A DNA stretch of 64,000 bases from the NCBI GenBank assembly GCA_049840735.1, contig JASGJN010000020.1:576001-640000 (forward strand). Reading direction: 5' to 3'. The notes below the pieces were generated by a model that worked only from the letters and a program-made list of their open reading frames with translations, had not been told where the DNA came from and did no database searches. This DNA comes from Anaeromyxobacter sp. (lineage in GTDB: Bacteria; Myxococcota; Myxococcia; Myxococcales; Anaeromyxobacteraceae). Position numbers and translations under genes: made by a program. Below are positions 20,331-30,877 of the stretch, one piece after another; positions within the stretch are counted from its first letter, which is position 1, and each line of letters opens with the position of its first letter.

Positions 20331-21715
20331 CCTTGGCCCCTCCTCCCGAGCCCGATCCGATCCAGGCCCGCAGGATCCTCGCCTGCCCCACCCTGCCCTC
20401 GCTCCCCGCGGTGGCGCTGGAGACGCTGCGCCTCTGCCAGTCGGACGAGATCGACCTCGGCCGCATCGCCGAGACGGTCGGGCGCGATCCGGCCATCACC
20501 GCCAAGCTCCTGCGCGCCGCCAACTCGGCCTCGCTGGCCACCCGCGGCAAGGTCGCCACGCTCACCCGCGCCGTGGCGCTGGTGGGGACCAACGCCACCC
20601 TCTCCATCGCCCTCTCCTTCTCGCTGGTCCGCGGCCGGCGCCGCGCCGACGGCGACGGCTTCGACCACGCCGCCTTCTGGCGCCGGGCGCTCTTCTCCGC
20701 CCTGGCCGGGCGCGCGCTGGCCGAGCTGCGCGGGCTGGACCAGGACGAGCTGTTCGTCACCTGCCTGCTGCAGGACCTGGGCGTGCTGGCGCTGCAGGAG
20801 GTCTTCGGCCGCACCTACGGCGAGCTGTACCGCGAGGCGGGCGGCGACCACGAGCGGCTGGAGCCGCTGGAGCAGGAGCGGCTGGGCGTGACGCACACGC
20901 AGGCCACCACGCTCCTCCTGCGCCACTGGAACCTGCCCGAGCAGCTGCAGCGCGCCTCGGAGGACGCCCACGCCACGCACGCCGGCCCCGGCGGCGCCCT
21001 GCAGCGCCGCTTCGAGGTGGTCCACCTCTCCGGACGGCTGGCCGACGTCTGGGTGGCACCGGCGCCCGCGCCCGCCCTGGAGCGCGCGCTGGCGGTGGCG
21101 GTGGAGCGGCTGGGCGCAGCCCAGGAGCTCGTCTCGCAGGCGCTGGCCCGCATGGCGCTGACCGTGCCCGAGGCCGCCACCGACTTCGACGTGGACCTGG
21201 GCGGCCCGGATCACGCGGAGGTGGTGCTGGCGGAGGCCGCGGCCTGGCGGCGGAGCCGCACCGGCGCGGGCAGCCCCTGGAGCAGCGCCGCCGGCCTGCC
21301 CCCGGAGCCGCTGGTCCCGGCCCTGGCCCTCGCGGCGCAGCAGGCGGACGCGCACGGCACGCCCTTCGGCCTGGTGCTGGCCGCCCCCACCTCGCCCGGC
21401 GGGGCCCCCGCGGTGCGCGAGGCGCTGGCCGCCTCGGTGCGAGGGAGCGACGGCCTGCAGGTCCACGGGGAGGCGCTCGCGGCGCTGCTCTTCACCACCG
21501 GGCTGGAGGGCGCCACGGCGGTGGCCCGCCGCGTCCGCACGCGCCTGGCCGCGAGCGGCGTCCAGGCCCGCCTGGCGGTGGGCGCCTGGGAGGGCGGCCC
21601 GGCCGACGCCGCGGCCCTGCTGCACGGGCTGGAGCAGGCGCTGGAGCTGGCCGAGCCGGGCGGCCCGGAGCTGCGCTGGGATGCGCGCTCGCGCTCGGTC
21701 CGGTGGGAGGCCTGA
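20327..21715 (+). CDS. HDOD-domain protein with a degenerate GGDEF-like C-terminal domain
   Basis: LPSLP..DPAITAKLLRAANS..FWRRAL..LLQDLG..HWNLP (HDOD); C-terminus FGLVL..VRGSD..HGEALAALL..GLEGATAVARRVR lacks a GG[DE]EF motif; GTG start overlaps the REC stop. Confidence 0.82.
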   Translation: MTLAPPPEPDPIQARRILACPTLPSLPAVALETLRLCQSDEIDLGRIAETVGRDPAITAKLLRAANSASLATRGKVATLTRAVALVGTNATLSIALSFSLVRGRRRADGDGFDHAAFWRRALFSALAGRALAELRGLDQDELFVTCLLQDLGVLALQEVFGRTYGELYREAGGDHERLEPLEQERLGVTHTQATTLLLRHWNLPEQLQRASEDAHATHAGPGGALQRRFEVVHLSGRLADVWVAPAPAPALERALAVAVERLGAAQELVSQALARMALTVPEAATDFDVDLGGPDHAEVVLAEAAAWRRSRTGAGSPWSSAAGLPPEPLVPALALAAQQADAHGTPFGLVLAAPTSPGGAPAVREALAASVRGSDGLQVHGEALAALLFTTGLEGATAVARRVRTRLAASGVQARLAVGAWEGGPADAAALLHGLEQALELAEPGGPELRWDARSRSVRWEA

Positions 21716-21721
21716 CGGCGC

Positions 21722-23313
21722 ATGCGGCTCGGCACCCTCCTGTTGCTGAATCGGCCTGGTGGCCGCCGCCGCCCTGGCCACGCTGGCCTGGCTGGTGACG
21801 CATCACGCGCCGGGCGCCGTCGCCGTGGGGATCGCCCTGGCCGCCATCGGCGCGCTGGGGATCGGCGCGCTGGTGGTCCTGCCGCGGCTGGCCCGCGGGC
21901 TGGGCGCGCTGCGGCGGGCGGCCCACCGGCTGCGCGACGGCGACCTGGCCACGCCGGTGGCGCTGCCCGGGCAGGACGAGCTGTCGGAGATCGCCGCCGC
22001 GCTGGAGGGGATGCGCAGGGCCCTGGGGGCCAGCCTGGTCTCGTCCGACCGGCTGGAGGCCACCGTGGCCGAGCGCACCGCCGAGCTGGAGCGGTCGCGC
22101 GCCGAGCTGGCCGCGCGGGTCATGCAGCTCGAGGCGGCGCGCGCCCAGCTGGGCGCCGCCGAGCGGCTGGCCGCGGTGGGCCGGCTCGCCCGCGGCCTCA
22201 CCCACGAGATCAACAACCCGCTGGCCGTGGCGCTGGCCTCCATCGACTACGCCAGCGACGAGCTGGCCCGGGCCCCTGCCCCCCATCGGCCCCAGCCACG
22301 ACGACGTCCGGGCGGCGCTGGACGAGGCGGCCCAGGCCGGCCGCCGCGTGGCGCGCATCCTCCGCGACCTGATGGCCTTCGCCCGCGAGCACGGGCCCGG
22401 CGGCGGCCCGGCCGACCTGACCGAGGTGCTGGAGCAGGTCTCCCGGCTGGTCGGCCCGGAGAATCCGCGCCCGGGCCCGCTTCACCGTGCGCCGGCCGCC
22501 GGTGCCGCTGCTGGTGCAGGGCGGCGCCGCGGGGCTGGCGCAGGTGCTGGTGCAGCTGCTGCTCGAGGCCGCGGCCGCCATCCAGGCCGATGACCGCGAC
22601 CGGAACGAGGTCACGCTGGACGCGCGGGCGGACGGCCCGGACGCGCTGGTGGAGGTCCGCGACACCGGCCCGCTCATCGCCCCCGAGATCCTCTCCCACG
22701 TCTTCAATCCCTACTACCGCCCCAACCCCGGCTTCGTGGCCACCGCGGGATCCCGGGGCGAGGGGCTGGCGCTGGCCGCCTGCCACGGGCTGGTGGAGGC
22801 GGCGGGCGGCTCGCTCACCGCGGAGAGCGCCGAGGGCCTCGGCACCGTCTTCCGCATCCGGCTGCGCGGCGCCACCTCGCGCACGCGGGTGAGCCTGCGG
22901 GGCGGCGACGCGCCGCGGGCGCGGGCGAGGGTGCTGGTGGTGTGCGAGGACCCGCTGAGCTGCGCCGGCCTCTACCGCAGCCTGGCCGGCCGCTTCGACG
23001 TGGTGCCGCACACCAGCGCGGTGCACGCGGCCGGCCTGCTGGAGCAGGGCGAGCAGTTCCACGCGGTGGTCTGCAATCTCCCGTGCGCCTCGGGCATGCG
23101 GGCCGACTTCCACCAGCGCCTCGCCGCCGCGGCCCCGGCCCTGGCGCGCGCCGCCGTCCACCTGGTCAACGACCCGCCGGATCCCGCCGAGGCGGCCTTC
23201 CTCGGCATGCTCGGGCTGGACGGCTTCTCCGCCAGGACGGCCCCGACGCCCTGGTCCACCGCACCGCGAACGCCTGCGCCGCGGCCGCCGCGACCGACGC
23301 CGGCGCGGCCTGA
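21722..23313 (+). CDS. Atypical hybrid sensor kinase (TM-HAMP-HisKA-HATPase-REC); several frameshifts, 3' end approximate
   Basis: HAMP GDLATPV..DELSEIAAALEGM; H-box LTHEINNPL (ORF 21759); RILRDLMAFAR (ORF 22348); HATPase and REC-like region in ORF 22487. Confidence 0.75.
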
Positions 23314-23506
23314 GCTCCAACCCCTGCCCCGGGTCAACGGTCCGTGCGCACCCGGCGCCGCGGACCCCGCCCGCGCGCCCCCCCGGCCCCGCACCCCGCC
23401 CCTTCGCGCACTTGCGCCGCGCCACGCCGCGCCCGGACCACTGGCACCGTCCGTGCTACTCCGCGGCGCAGGGGTGGACGAGCGCAGGCTCGAGGAGCAA
23501 GACGAC

Positions 23507-23967
23507 ATGGGCACCGATGTACGCGCGGAGCTCCCCAGGCTGCAGTGGTCCGAGCGCTACGCCGTGGGCGTGGCCGAGGATCGACACGCGCGAGCACCGG
23601 ACGCTGTTCGAGCGGATCAACGCCTTCGTCGAGGCCGCCGAGGCCAGGCGGGCGCGCCACGAGCTCCAGGCCCATGGTCGAGTTCCTGGGCAACTACGCC
23701 CACGAGCACTTCGCCGACGAGGAGCGGATGATGCAGTTCTCCGCCTTCCCCGGCCTGGGCGAGCACCTGGAGCAGCACCAGGGGTTCCTCGAGCAGTGGC
23801 GGGCGCTCTCGGATCGGCTGGCCGCCGGAGGCCCCACGCTGGAGCTGGCGCGGTCGCTCATCACCCTGCTCCTCGGCTGGGTCGGCGAGCACGTCACCGG
23901 CAGCGACCAGGAGCTGGGGCGCTGGCTGGCGCAGTGGCGCGGCGGAGTCCTCCCGCCGAGCGCCTGA
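23507..23967 (+). CDS. Bacteriohemerythrin; frameshifts near 23580 and 23670
   Basis: WSERYAVGV, EHRTLF, HEHFADEE, EHLEQH, WVGEHVTGSD give the full H/HxxxE/HxxxH/HxxxxD di-iron ligand set. Confidence 0.88.
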
Positions 23968-24057
23968 GCAGGCCCGCAGGCCCCGGCCCGGCCCTTGCCG
24001 CCCCTTCGGCGGCGTGCCAGCGTTCGGCCGCGCGCACCTCGCGCGCGGGAGGACCGC

Positions 24058-25104
24058 ATGGCCGACCTGGGCGCGCCGCGCTACGCCGACATGACCTACC
24101 GCACGGTGCGGCCGGAGCGGGCTGAAGCTGCCCGCGCTCTCGCTAGGCCTCTGGCACAACTTCGGCGACACCACCCCGCTCGCCGACGCAGCGCGCAGCT
24201 GTCTGCGACCGCCTTCGACCTGGGCATCACGCACTTCGACCTGGCCAACAACTACGGCCCGCCCTACGGCAGCGCCGAGAGCAACTTCGGCCGGCTCCTG
24301 CGCGACGACCTGCCGGCCCACCGCGACGAGTTCATCGATCTCCACCAAGGCCGGCTGGGACATGTGGCCCGGCCCCTACGGCCAGGGCGGCGGCTCGCGC
24401 AAGTACGTGCTGGCCAGCCTCGACCAGAGCCTGCGCGCGGCATCGGCGTGGACTACGTGGACATCTTCTACTCGCACCGGTTCGACGCCGGCACGCCGCT
24501 GGAGGAGACGATGGGCGCGCTGGCCACCGCGGTGCAGCAGGGCAAGGCGCTCTACGTCGGCCTCTCCTCGTACTCGGCCGGCAAGACCCGCGAGGCGGCG
24601 GCGCTGCTGCGGCAGTGGAAGGTCCCGTGCCTCATCCACCAGCCCTCGTACAACCTCTTCAACCGCTGGATCGAGGGCGGGCTGCTGGACGCGCTGGAGG
24701 CGGAGGGGATGGGCTGCATCGCCTTCACCGCGCTGGCGCAGGGGCTCCTCACCGGCAAGTACCTGGGCGGCGTGCCGAAGGACGCCCGCGTGAACCGCCC
24801 CGGGGGCGGCTCCCTGCTCCCCTCGCACCTGTCCGAGGCCAACCTGGCCCGGGCGCGGGCGCTGGACGGCCTCGCGAAGGCGCGCGGGCAGAGCCTGGCC
24901 CAGCTGGCGCTGGCGTGGGTGCTGCGCGACCGGCGCGTCACCTCGACGCTCATCGGCGCCAGCAGCGCCGCGCAGATCCGCGAGAACGTGGGGGCGCTGG
25001 CCCGCCTCGACTTCACCGCCGAGGAGCTGGCCGCCATCGATGTCCACGCGGTCGAGGGCGGCGTGAACCTCTGGGAGAAGCCGTCGACGGATCAGGCGGT
25101 GTGA
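24058..25104 (+). CDS. Aldo/keto reductase, L-glyceraldehyde-3-phosphate reductase (YghZ/Gpr)-like; frameshifted
   Basis: SLGLWHNFG (alternate frame), THFDLANNYGPPYGSAE, MWPGPYG, YVDIFYSHR, LIHQPSY, LIGASS. Confidence 0.9.
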   Translation: MADLGAPRYADMTYRTVRPERAEAARALARPLAQLRRHHPARRRSAQLSATAFDLGITHFDLANNYGPPYGSAESNFGRLLRDDLPAHRDEFIDLHQGRLGHVARPLRPGRRLAQVRAGQPRPEPARGIGVDYVDIFYSHRFDAGTPLEETMGALATAVQQGKALYVGLSSYSAGKTREAAALLRQWKVPCLIHQPSYNLFNRWIEGGLLDALEAEGMGCIAFTALAQGLLTGKYLGGVPKDARVNRPGGGSLLPSHLSEANLARARALDGLAKARGQSLAQLALAWVLRDRRVTSTLIGASSAAQIRENVGALARLDFTAEELAAIDVHAVEGGVNLWEKPSTDQAV

Positions 25105-25121
25105 GCGGCCGCTCGTCCCCT

Positions 25122-25313
25122 GGCCTTCGACTCAGCGGCCGCTGCGCGGCCGCTGCGCTCAGGCCGAACGGACCGTCGGATGGCCGGACGAGAAATGGCA
25201 CCTGGGCTTCGACTCCGCGAGCCCTGCGGGCTCGCTACGCTCAGCCCGAACGGTTCATCAACACCGTTCGCCCTGAGCCCTTCGGCAGGCTCAGGGCAGG
25301 CGGAGTCGAAGGG
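25122..25313. repeat. Cluster of three REP-like elements (25122-25171, 25204-25253, 25264-25313)
   Basis: Two copies read CTTCGACTC..GCTCAG..GAACGG and one is inverted (CCGTTCGCCCTGAGC..GGAGTCGAAGGG); located between convergent genes. Confidence 0.85.
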
Positions 25314-25324
25314 CAGACGAAGAA

Positions 25325-25356
25325 CGGCGCCCCACGGCCGAAGCCCGGGGCGCCGC
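25325..25356. terminator. GC-rich hairpin between convergent AKR and transcarboxylase genes; possible terminator for the minus-strand operon
   Basis: cggcgccc..gggcgccg inverted repeat preceded by A-rich gaagaa (T-rich on the minus strand). Confidence 0.4.
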
Positions 25357-25378
25357 GCACGTCCCTGCCGCCGTCATG

Positions 25379-25759
25379 CTAGGCGAACTCGACCAGCACC
25401 TGGCCGGTGCGGACCGCCTCGCCGACCTTGGCGTTGACCTTGGCCACCTTGGCCGCGACCGGGGCGGTGATGTTGGTCTCCATCTTCATGGCCTCGAGGA
25501 CCAGCATCACGTCCCCGACCTGCATGGCCTGCCCTTCCTGCGCGGTCACGCGGACCACCGTGCCGCTGATGGGGCTCCGGCAGACCTTGGCCTCGTCCGC
25601 CACCGGCGCGCCGCCGGCCGCGGGCGGCGGCGGCGCCATCACCGGCGCCGCGACGCGGGCCGGCGCGGCCGCCACCATCTGCACCGCCGGACGCTCCGGC
25701 TCGGACGCCTCGACATCGACCTCGTACGTCTTCCCGTCGACAGTGACTTTCAGCTTCAC
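25379..25759 (-). CDS. Biotin carboxyl carrier protein, transcarboxylase 1.3S subunit-like
   Basis: MKLKVTVDGKTYEVDV N-terminus typical of 1.3S, Ala/Pro linker, biotinylation motif EAMKM. Confidence 0.92.
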   Translation of the reverse strand: MKLKVTVDGKTYEVDVEASEPERPAVQMVAAAPARVAAPVMAPPPPAAGGAPVADEAKVCRSPISGTVVRVTAQEGQAMQVGDVMLVLEAMKMETNITAPVAAKVAKVNAKVGEAVRTGQVLVEFA

Positions 25760-26106
25760 GACTGAGCTCCTGAGCGCGCGAACGCGTGAGAGGCCTGGAT
25801 GGAGACGCGACCCTGGTGGGCCCAGCTCCCCGAGGCGGAGATGCGGACCTGGCGGAGGGGCGCGCGCTTCCCGAGGAAGGCGGCCACGGCGGCGCTGATC
25901 ACCAGCAGCACCTCCTCCGGGATGGGCTCGGCCGGCGCCGGCGCGGGCGCAGGGGCCGGCGCGGGCTGCGCCGCGGGCTGCGGGGCCGCCGCCGGGCGGG
26001 CCGCCGCCTCCAGCGCCGCGACCCGCTCGCCGAGGCGGGCGAGCTCGGCCCGGAGCGCCTGCAGCGCCGCGGTGAGTTCGGCTCGTTCGTTGGCTTCGGT
26101 GGTCAT
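25756..26106 (-). CDS. Small accessory subunit of the carboxyltransferase operon
   Basis: MTTEANERAEL coiled coil, AP-rich linker, VISAAVAAFLG..W..QGR motif seen in delta/epsilon-type accessory subunits; lies between 12S and 1.3S. Confidence 0.75.
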   Translation of the reverse strand: MTTEANERAELTAALQALRAELARLGERVAALEAAARPAAAPQPAAQPAPAPAPAPAPAEPIPEEVLLVISAAVAAFLGKRAPLRQVRISASGSWAHQGRVSIQASHAFARSGAQS

Positions 26107-26120
26107 GGGCCCTTCCTGGC

Positions 26121-27688
26121 CTACAGCGGGATGAGGCCGTGCTTCTTCTGGGGCCGCAGCTCGCGCTTGGCCTGCAGGTACTCGAGCGCCTGCGCCAGCC
26201 GCCGGCGGGTGTCGGCCGGGTCGATGATGTCGTCGACCAGCCGGCGCCCGGCCGCCATGTACGGGGACGAGAAGGTCGAGCGGTAGCTCTCGATCAGCTC
26301 GGCCCGCTTGGCGGCGCGGTCGGTGGCCTCGTCCATCTCCTTGCGGAAGACGATCTCCACCGCGCCCTCGGCGCCCATCACGGCGATCTCGGCGGACGGC
26401 CAGGCGAAGACACGGTCCGCGCCCAGGTCCTTCGAGCACATCGCCAGGTGCGCGCCGCCGTAGCTCTTGCGGAGGATGACCTGGATCTTCGGCACCGTGG
26501 CCGCCGAGTAGGCGAACAGCATCTTGGCGCCGTGGCGGATGATGCCGCCGTACTCCTGCTGCACGCCCGGGAGGAAGCCCGGCACGTCCACGAAGGTGAC
26601 GAGCGGGATGTTGAAGGCGTTGCAGAAGCGGATGAAGCGGGAGGCCTTGTCCGAGGCGTTGATGTCCAGCACGCCGGAGAGGACCGCCGGCTGGTTGGCG
26701 ATCACGCCGATGGAGCGCCCCAGCAGGCGGGCGAAGCCCACCACGATGTTGGGCGCGTAGCCGGCCTGGACCTCGAGGAAGTCCGCGTTGTCCACCACGC
26801 CGCCGATCACCTGGCGGACGTCGTAGCCCTGCTTCCCCTCGGACGGGACGATCTTGGCGAGGTTCGGGTTGGGCTCGACGTTGCCGTCGGTGGGCAGCCG
26901 GGGCGGGTCCTCCAGGTTGTTGGAGGGCAGGAACGAGAGCAGGCGGCGGCAGATGTGGACCGCGTCGGCGTCGTCCTCGGCGATGAAGTGGATGACGCCC
27001 GAGTGCACCATGTGCGCGTCGGGGCCGCCCAGCGCGTCGGCGGTGATCTGCTCGCCGGTGACGCCCTTGATGACCGCCGGGCCGGTGATGAACATCTGGG
27101 CCTTGCGGGTCTGGATGATGAAGTCGGTCAGCGCCGGCGAGTAGGCCGCGCCGCCGGCGCAGGGGCCACAGATCAGCGAGATTGCGGCACCGAGCCGGAC
27201 AGCATGACGTTGGTGTGGAACACCTGGCCGTAGCCGGAGAGGGCGTCGATGCCCTCCTGCACGCGGGCTCCGCCGGAGTCGTTCACGAAGACGAACGGCG
27301 AGCCGGTCTTGAGCGACTGCTGCATGGCCTCGGCGACCTTGAGCGAGTGGACCTCGCCGGCCGCGCCGCCCATGACGGTGAAGTCCTGGCTGGCCAGGTG
27401 CACCAGCCGCCCGTCCACGGAGGCCGCGCCGGTCACCACGCCGTCGGCGGCAACCTCGCGGCCCGCCATGCCGAAGTGCTCGGCCCGGTGCCTGGCGAAC
27501 AGGCCGAACTCCTCGAAGCTGTTGGAGTCGACCAGCTCGCCGATGCGCTCGCGCGCCGTGAGCTTGCCCTGCTCCTTGTGCTTGGCGAGGCGCTCCTTGC
27601 CGCCGCCCTGCTCCAGCCGCTCCCGGTTCTTCTTCAGCTCCGCGGTGAGCGCGTCCAGCGTCTTCGGTGTCTTGGTCGTGGCAGCCAT
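26121..27688 (-). CDS. Acyl-CoA carboxyltransferase, methylmalonyl-CoA carboxytransferase 12S subunit-like; frameshift near 27180
   Basis: GKLTARERI, SQDFTVMGG, DSGGARVQEG, GPCAGGAAYSPALTDF, VDVPGFLPGVQQEYGGIIRHGAK, KKHGLIPL. Confidence 0.92.
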
Positions 27689-27700
27689 GGCTCTCGCTCG

Positions 27701-29196
27701 TTACCCCGGGACCACGGTCACCTTGTGGGACCGGTCCCCGATCTTGACCTCGTAGGCGACCGGCGTCCGCACCGGCTCCTTGCCCGTCCCCGCGGCCCCG
27801 TTCGCCTTGGCGGCGGCCGGGTCCTTGCCCACGTTCTTCGGCCCCTCGTGCCGGGTGGAGAAGAACTTGGGGGCGACCTGCGGGAACATGGCGTACGTCA
27901 GCACGTCCTCGTCGGTGCCGTCGCAGCCCTTGAGCGCCAGCGCCTGGGTGCGGAGCGCGTCCCACTCGCCCTTGAGCAGGTCGGCCGGGCGCCCGTTGAT
28001 GGGCTCCTTCTTGGCGTGCTTGATGGCGGCCTGGATGACCTCCGGGTTCCGCTCACCGAGCGTGGCGCCGTAGTAGCCCAGCATCAGGTCGGCGAACTCG
28101 CCGGTCAGGACCTTGTAGCGGCCCATCAGCACGTTGAAGACGGCCTGCGTGCCGACGATCTGGCTGGAGGGGGTGACGAGCGGCGGGTAGCCGGCGTCCT
28201 TGCGGACCCGCGGCACCTCGGCGAGCACCTCCTTGATGCGGTCCTGCGCGTTCTGCTGCCGGAGCTGGCTCTCCATGTTGGAGATTATGCCGCCGGGGAT
28301 TTGGCTGTCGAAGATCTCGGTCTCGACGCCGATGAACTTGGACTCGAACTCGGCGTAGCGGCCGCGGATGCCGGCGAAGTGCTCCTTGATCTTTGAGGAG
28401 CCGGTCCTTGTCGAGCGTGGTCGTGAAGGGCGTGCCCTCCAGCATCTCGACCAGCGCCTCGGTGGGGTTGTGGCCCGGCCCGAGCGAGAGCGAGGAGATG
28501 GCGGTGTCCACCGCGTCGGCCCCGGCCTCGATGGCCTTCATCAGGCTGACCAGCGTGACGCCGGTGGTGGAGTGCACGTGCACGTGGACGCGGACGTCCT
28601 CGCCGCAGCGCTCCTTGATGCCGCGCACCAGGTCGTAGGCGGGCTGCGGCTTGAGCAGCGCGGCCATGTCCTTGATGGCGATGGAGTCGCAGCCGAGCCG
28701 GACCAGCTCCTCGGCCATGTCGACGAAGGCCTCGATCGAGTGGAGCGGCGAGGTCGTGTAGCAGATGGTGCCCTGGGCGTGCTTGCCGGTCCGCTGCACG
28801 GCCTGGAGGGCGCGGCGGATGTTGCGGACGTCGTTCAGCGCGTCGAACACGCGGAACACGTCCATGCCGTTCGCGGCCGCCTTCTCGACGAACCGGTCGA
28901 CCACGCCGTCCTCGTAGTGGCGGTAGCCGAGCAGGTTCTGCCCGCGGAGCAGCATCTGCAGCTTCGAGTTGGGCAGGAGCTTGCGGAACTTGCGCAGCCG
29001 CTCCCACGGATCCTCGTTGAGGAACCGGATGCAGCTGTCGTAGGTCGCGCCGCCCCAGCACTCGACGCTCCAGTACCCGGCCTTGTCGATCTGCTCGCAG
29101 ATCGGGGCCATGTCCTCGAACGACATCCGGGTGGCCAGGAGGCTCTGGTGACCGTCCCGGAGCGCCAGCTCCGTCACATCGAATCTTGCGTGCCAT
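27701..29196 (-). CDS. Methylmalonyl-CoA carboxytransferase (transcarboxylase) 5S subunit; frameshifts near 29185 and 28392
   Basis: [83 protein letters not shown]; no fused biotin domain; closely resembles the Propionibacterium 5S sequence as I recall it. Confidence 0.88.
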
Positions 29197-29596
29197 GTTC
29201 CTCGTTCCTTCCGTGCGTCCGCGCGGGCTCTCTTAGCACCCCTCCCGGGCGTGGACCGGAAAAACAACGCGGTGCGCGAAAAGGCCGCTACGGCTCGTCA
29301 TTCTGAACGAGGGGCATGCTCCAAATCATCCCCCTTCGGCGGTCGCCGGGCCGGGCCGCCGACATGTCAGCACACGTTTTCTCCAGCGGTTTCGTGGGTC
29401 GCCCCAGAAGCGCGGGACGAGGCCGTGCAGGCGGCGCGGCGACCGCCTGGAGACGCGATCCTTGCGCCTTCCACGAGGCCTCGCCGGGGGAGGCGGACAC
29501 CGGCCAGCACGGCCCCCTGATCGACGCTCCGTGGACCCACTCCCGGGCCGCTTCGGGGCGCTTGACGGGACGCCACACCGGGCGCCTCATTCGCCC

Positions 29597-30850
29597 ATGG
29601 AAGATTGCCTGGCGGTGATCCTCGGTGGCGGGCGCGGGTCGCGGCTCTTTCCCCTCACGGCGGAGCGGTCCAAGCCGGCGGTGCCGATCGGCGGCAAGTA
29701 CCGGCTGATCGACATCCCCATCTCCAACTGCCTCAACTCGAACCTGCGCAGGATCTTCGTCCTCACGCAGTACAACTCGGAGAGCCTCAACAACCACATC
29801 GGGCAGACGTACAAGTTCGACGTCTTCACCCGCGGCTTCGTCACCATCCTGGCGGCCGAGCAGACCGAGGACAGCGGCGAGTGGTTCCAGGGCACCGCCG
29901 ACGCCGTCCGGCAGAGCATGCGCCACCTGCGGGCGCACTGGAGCCGGGAGGTGCTGATCCTCTCCGGCGACCAGCTCTTCCAGATGGACTTCCGCCAGTT
30001 CCGCGACGCGCACCGGGCCGCCGGCGCGGCCGCCTCGGTGGGCGTGATCCCGGTGCCGGCCGACCAGACCTCCGGCTTCGGCATCCTCAAGATGGACGCC
30101 ACCGGCAGGATCACCCACTTCGAGGAGAAGCCCGGCCCGGACCGGCTCCCCTTCCTCGAGTCGGACATCCCCGGCTACGGCAAGGGCTTCCTGGCCTCGA
30201 TGGGCATCTACTACTTCGACCGCGCGGCGCTGGAGGGCGCGCTGGGCGATCCCACGCTGGTGGACTTCGGGCGCCACGTCATCCCCAAGGCCATCAAGAC
30301 CTCGCACGTGCACGCCCACGTGTTCAACGGCTACTGGGAGGACGTGGGGACCATCAAGAGCTACTACGAGGCCAGCCTCGAGCTCACCCAGCCCATCCCG
30401 CGCTTCGACTACCACGACGCGCTCAAGCCGGTGTTCACCCGGCCGCGCTTCCTGCCCGCCACCCGCATCGACGACTGCACGCTGCGCAACGCGCTGGTGT
30501 CGGAGGGGAGCATCCTCATGGGCGCGGAGATCGAGCGCTCGCTGATCGGCATCCGCAGCCGCATCGGCGCCGGCACCCGCATCCGCAACGCGCTGGTGCT
30601 GGGGGCCGACGCCTACGAGACCCTGGGCGCCATCGAGCGGGCTCGCGGCAGCGGCCTGCCGCCGGTCGGCATCGGCGAGGGGTGCGTGATCGAGCAGGCC
30701 ATCATCGACAAGAACGCCCGCATCGGGCGGAACGTGGTGATCCGGAACGAGCGCAACGTCCAGGAGGCCGACGGGGACGGCTGGTACATCCGCGACGGCA
30801 TCGTGATCATCCCGAAGAACGGGGTCGTGAAGGACGGGACGGTCATCTGA
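29597..30850 (+). CDS. glgC: Glucose-1-phosphate adenylyltransferase
   Basis: ILGGGRGSRLFPLT..RSKPAVP, WFQGTADAV, FEEKP, ASMGIY, YWEDVGT, beta-helix C-terminus. Confidence 0.95.
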   Translation: MEDCLAVILGGGRGSRLFPLTAERSKPAVPIGGKYRLIDIPISNCLNSNLRRIFVLTQYNSESLNNHIGQTYKFDVFTRGFVTILAAEQTEDSGEWFQGTADAVRQSMRHLRAHWSREVLILSGDQLFQMDFRQFRDAHRAAGAAASVGVIPVPADQTSGFGILKMDATGRITHFEEKPGPDRLPFLESDIPGYGKGFLASMGIYYFDRAALEGALGDPTLVDFGRHVIPKAIKTSHVHAHVFNGYWEDVGTIKSYYEASLELTQPIPRFDYHDALKPVFTRPRFLPATRIDDCTLRNALVSEGSILMGAEIERSLIGIRSRIGAGTRIRNALVLGADAYETLGAIERARGSGLPPVGIGEGCVIEQAIIDKNARIGRNVVIRNERNVQEADGDGWYIRDGIVIIPKNGVVKDGTVI

Positions 30851-30877
30851 TCGTACGGGGGCTGCGCCCCGCCCCGC

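Noticed and set aside
25122..25313. Repeat cluster as a CRISPR array
   Set aside because: Copies vary internally, occur in both orientations and are dispersed; no regular spacers and no cas genes.
25379..29196. Oxaloacetate decarboxylase or pyruvate carboxylase annotation for the biotin-enzyme cluster
   Set aside because: No membrane beta subunit or biotin carboxylase; pairing with an acyl-CoA carboxyltransferase and a 1.3S-type carrier fits transcarboxylase.
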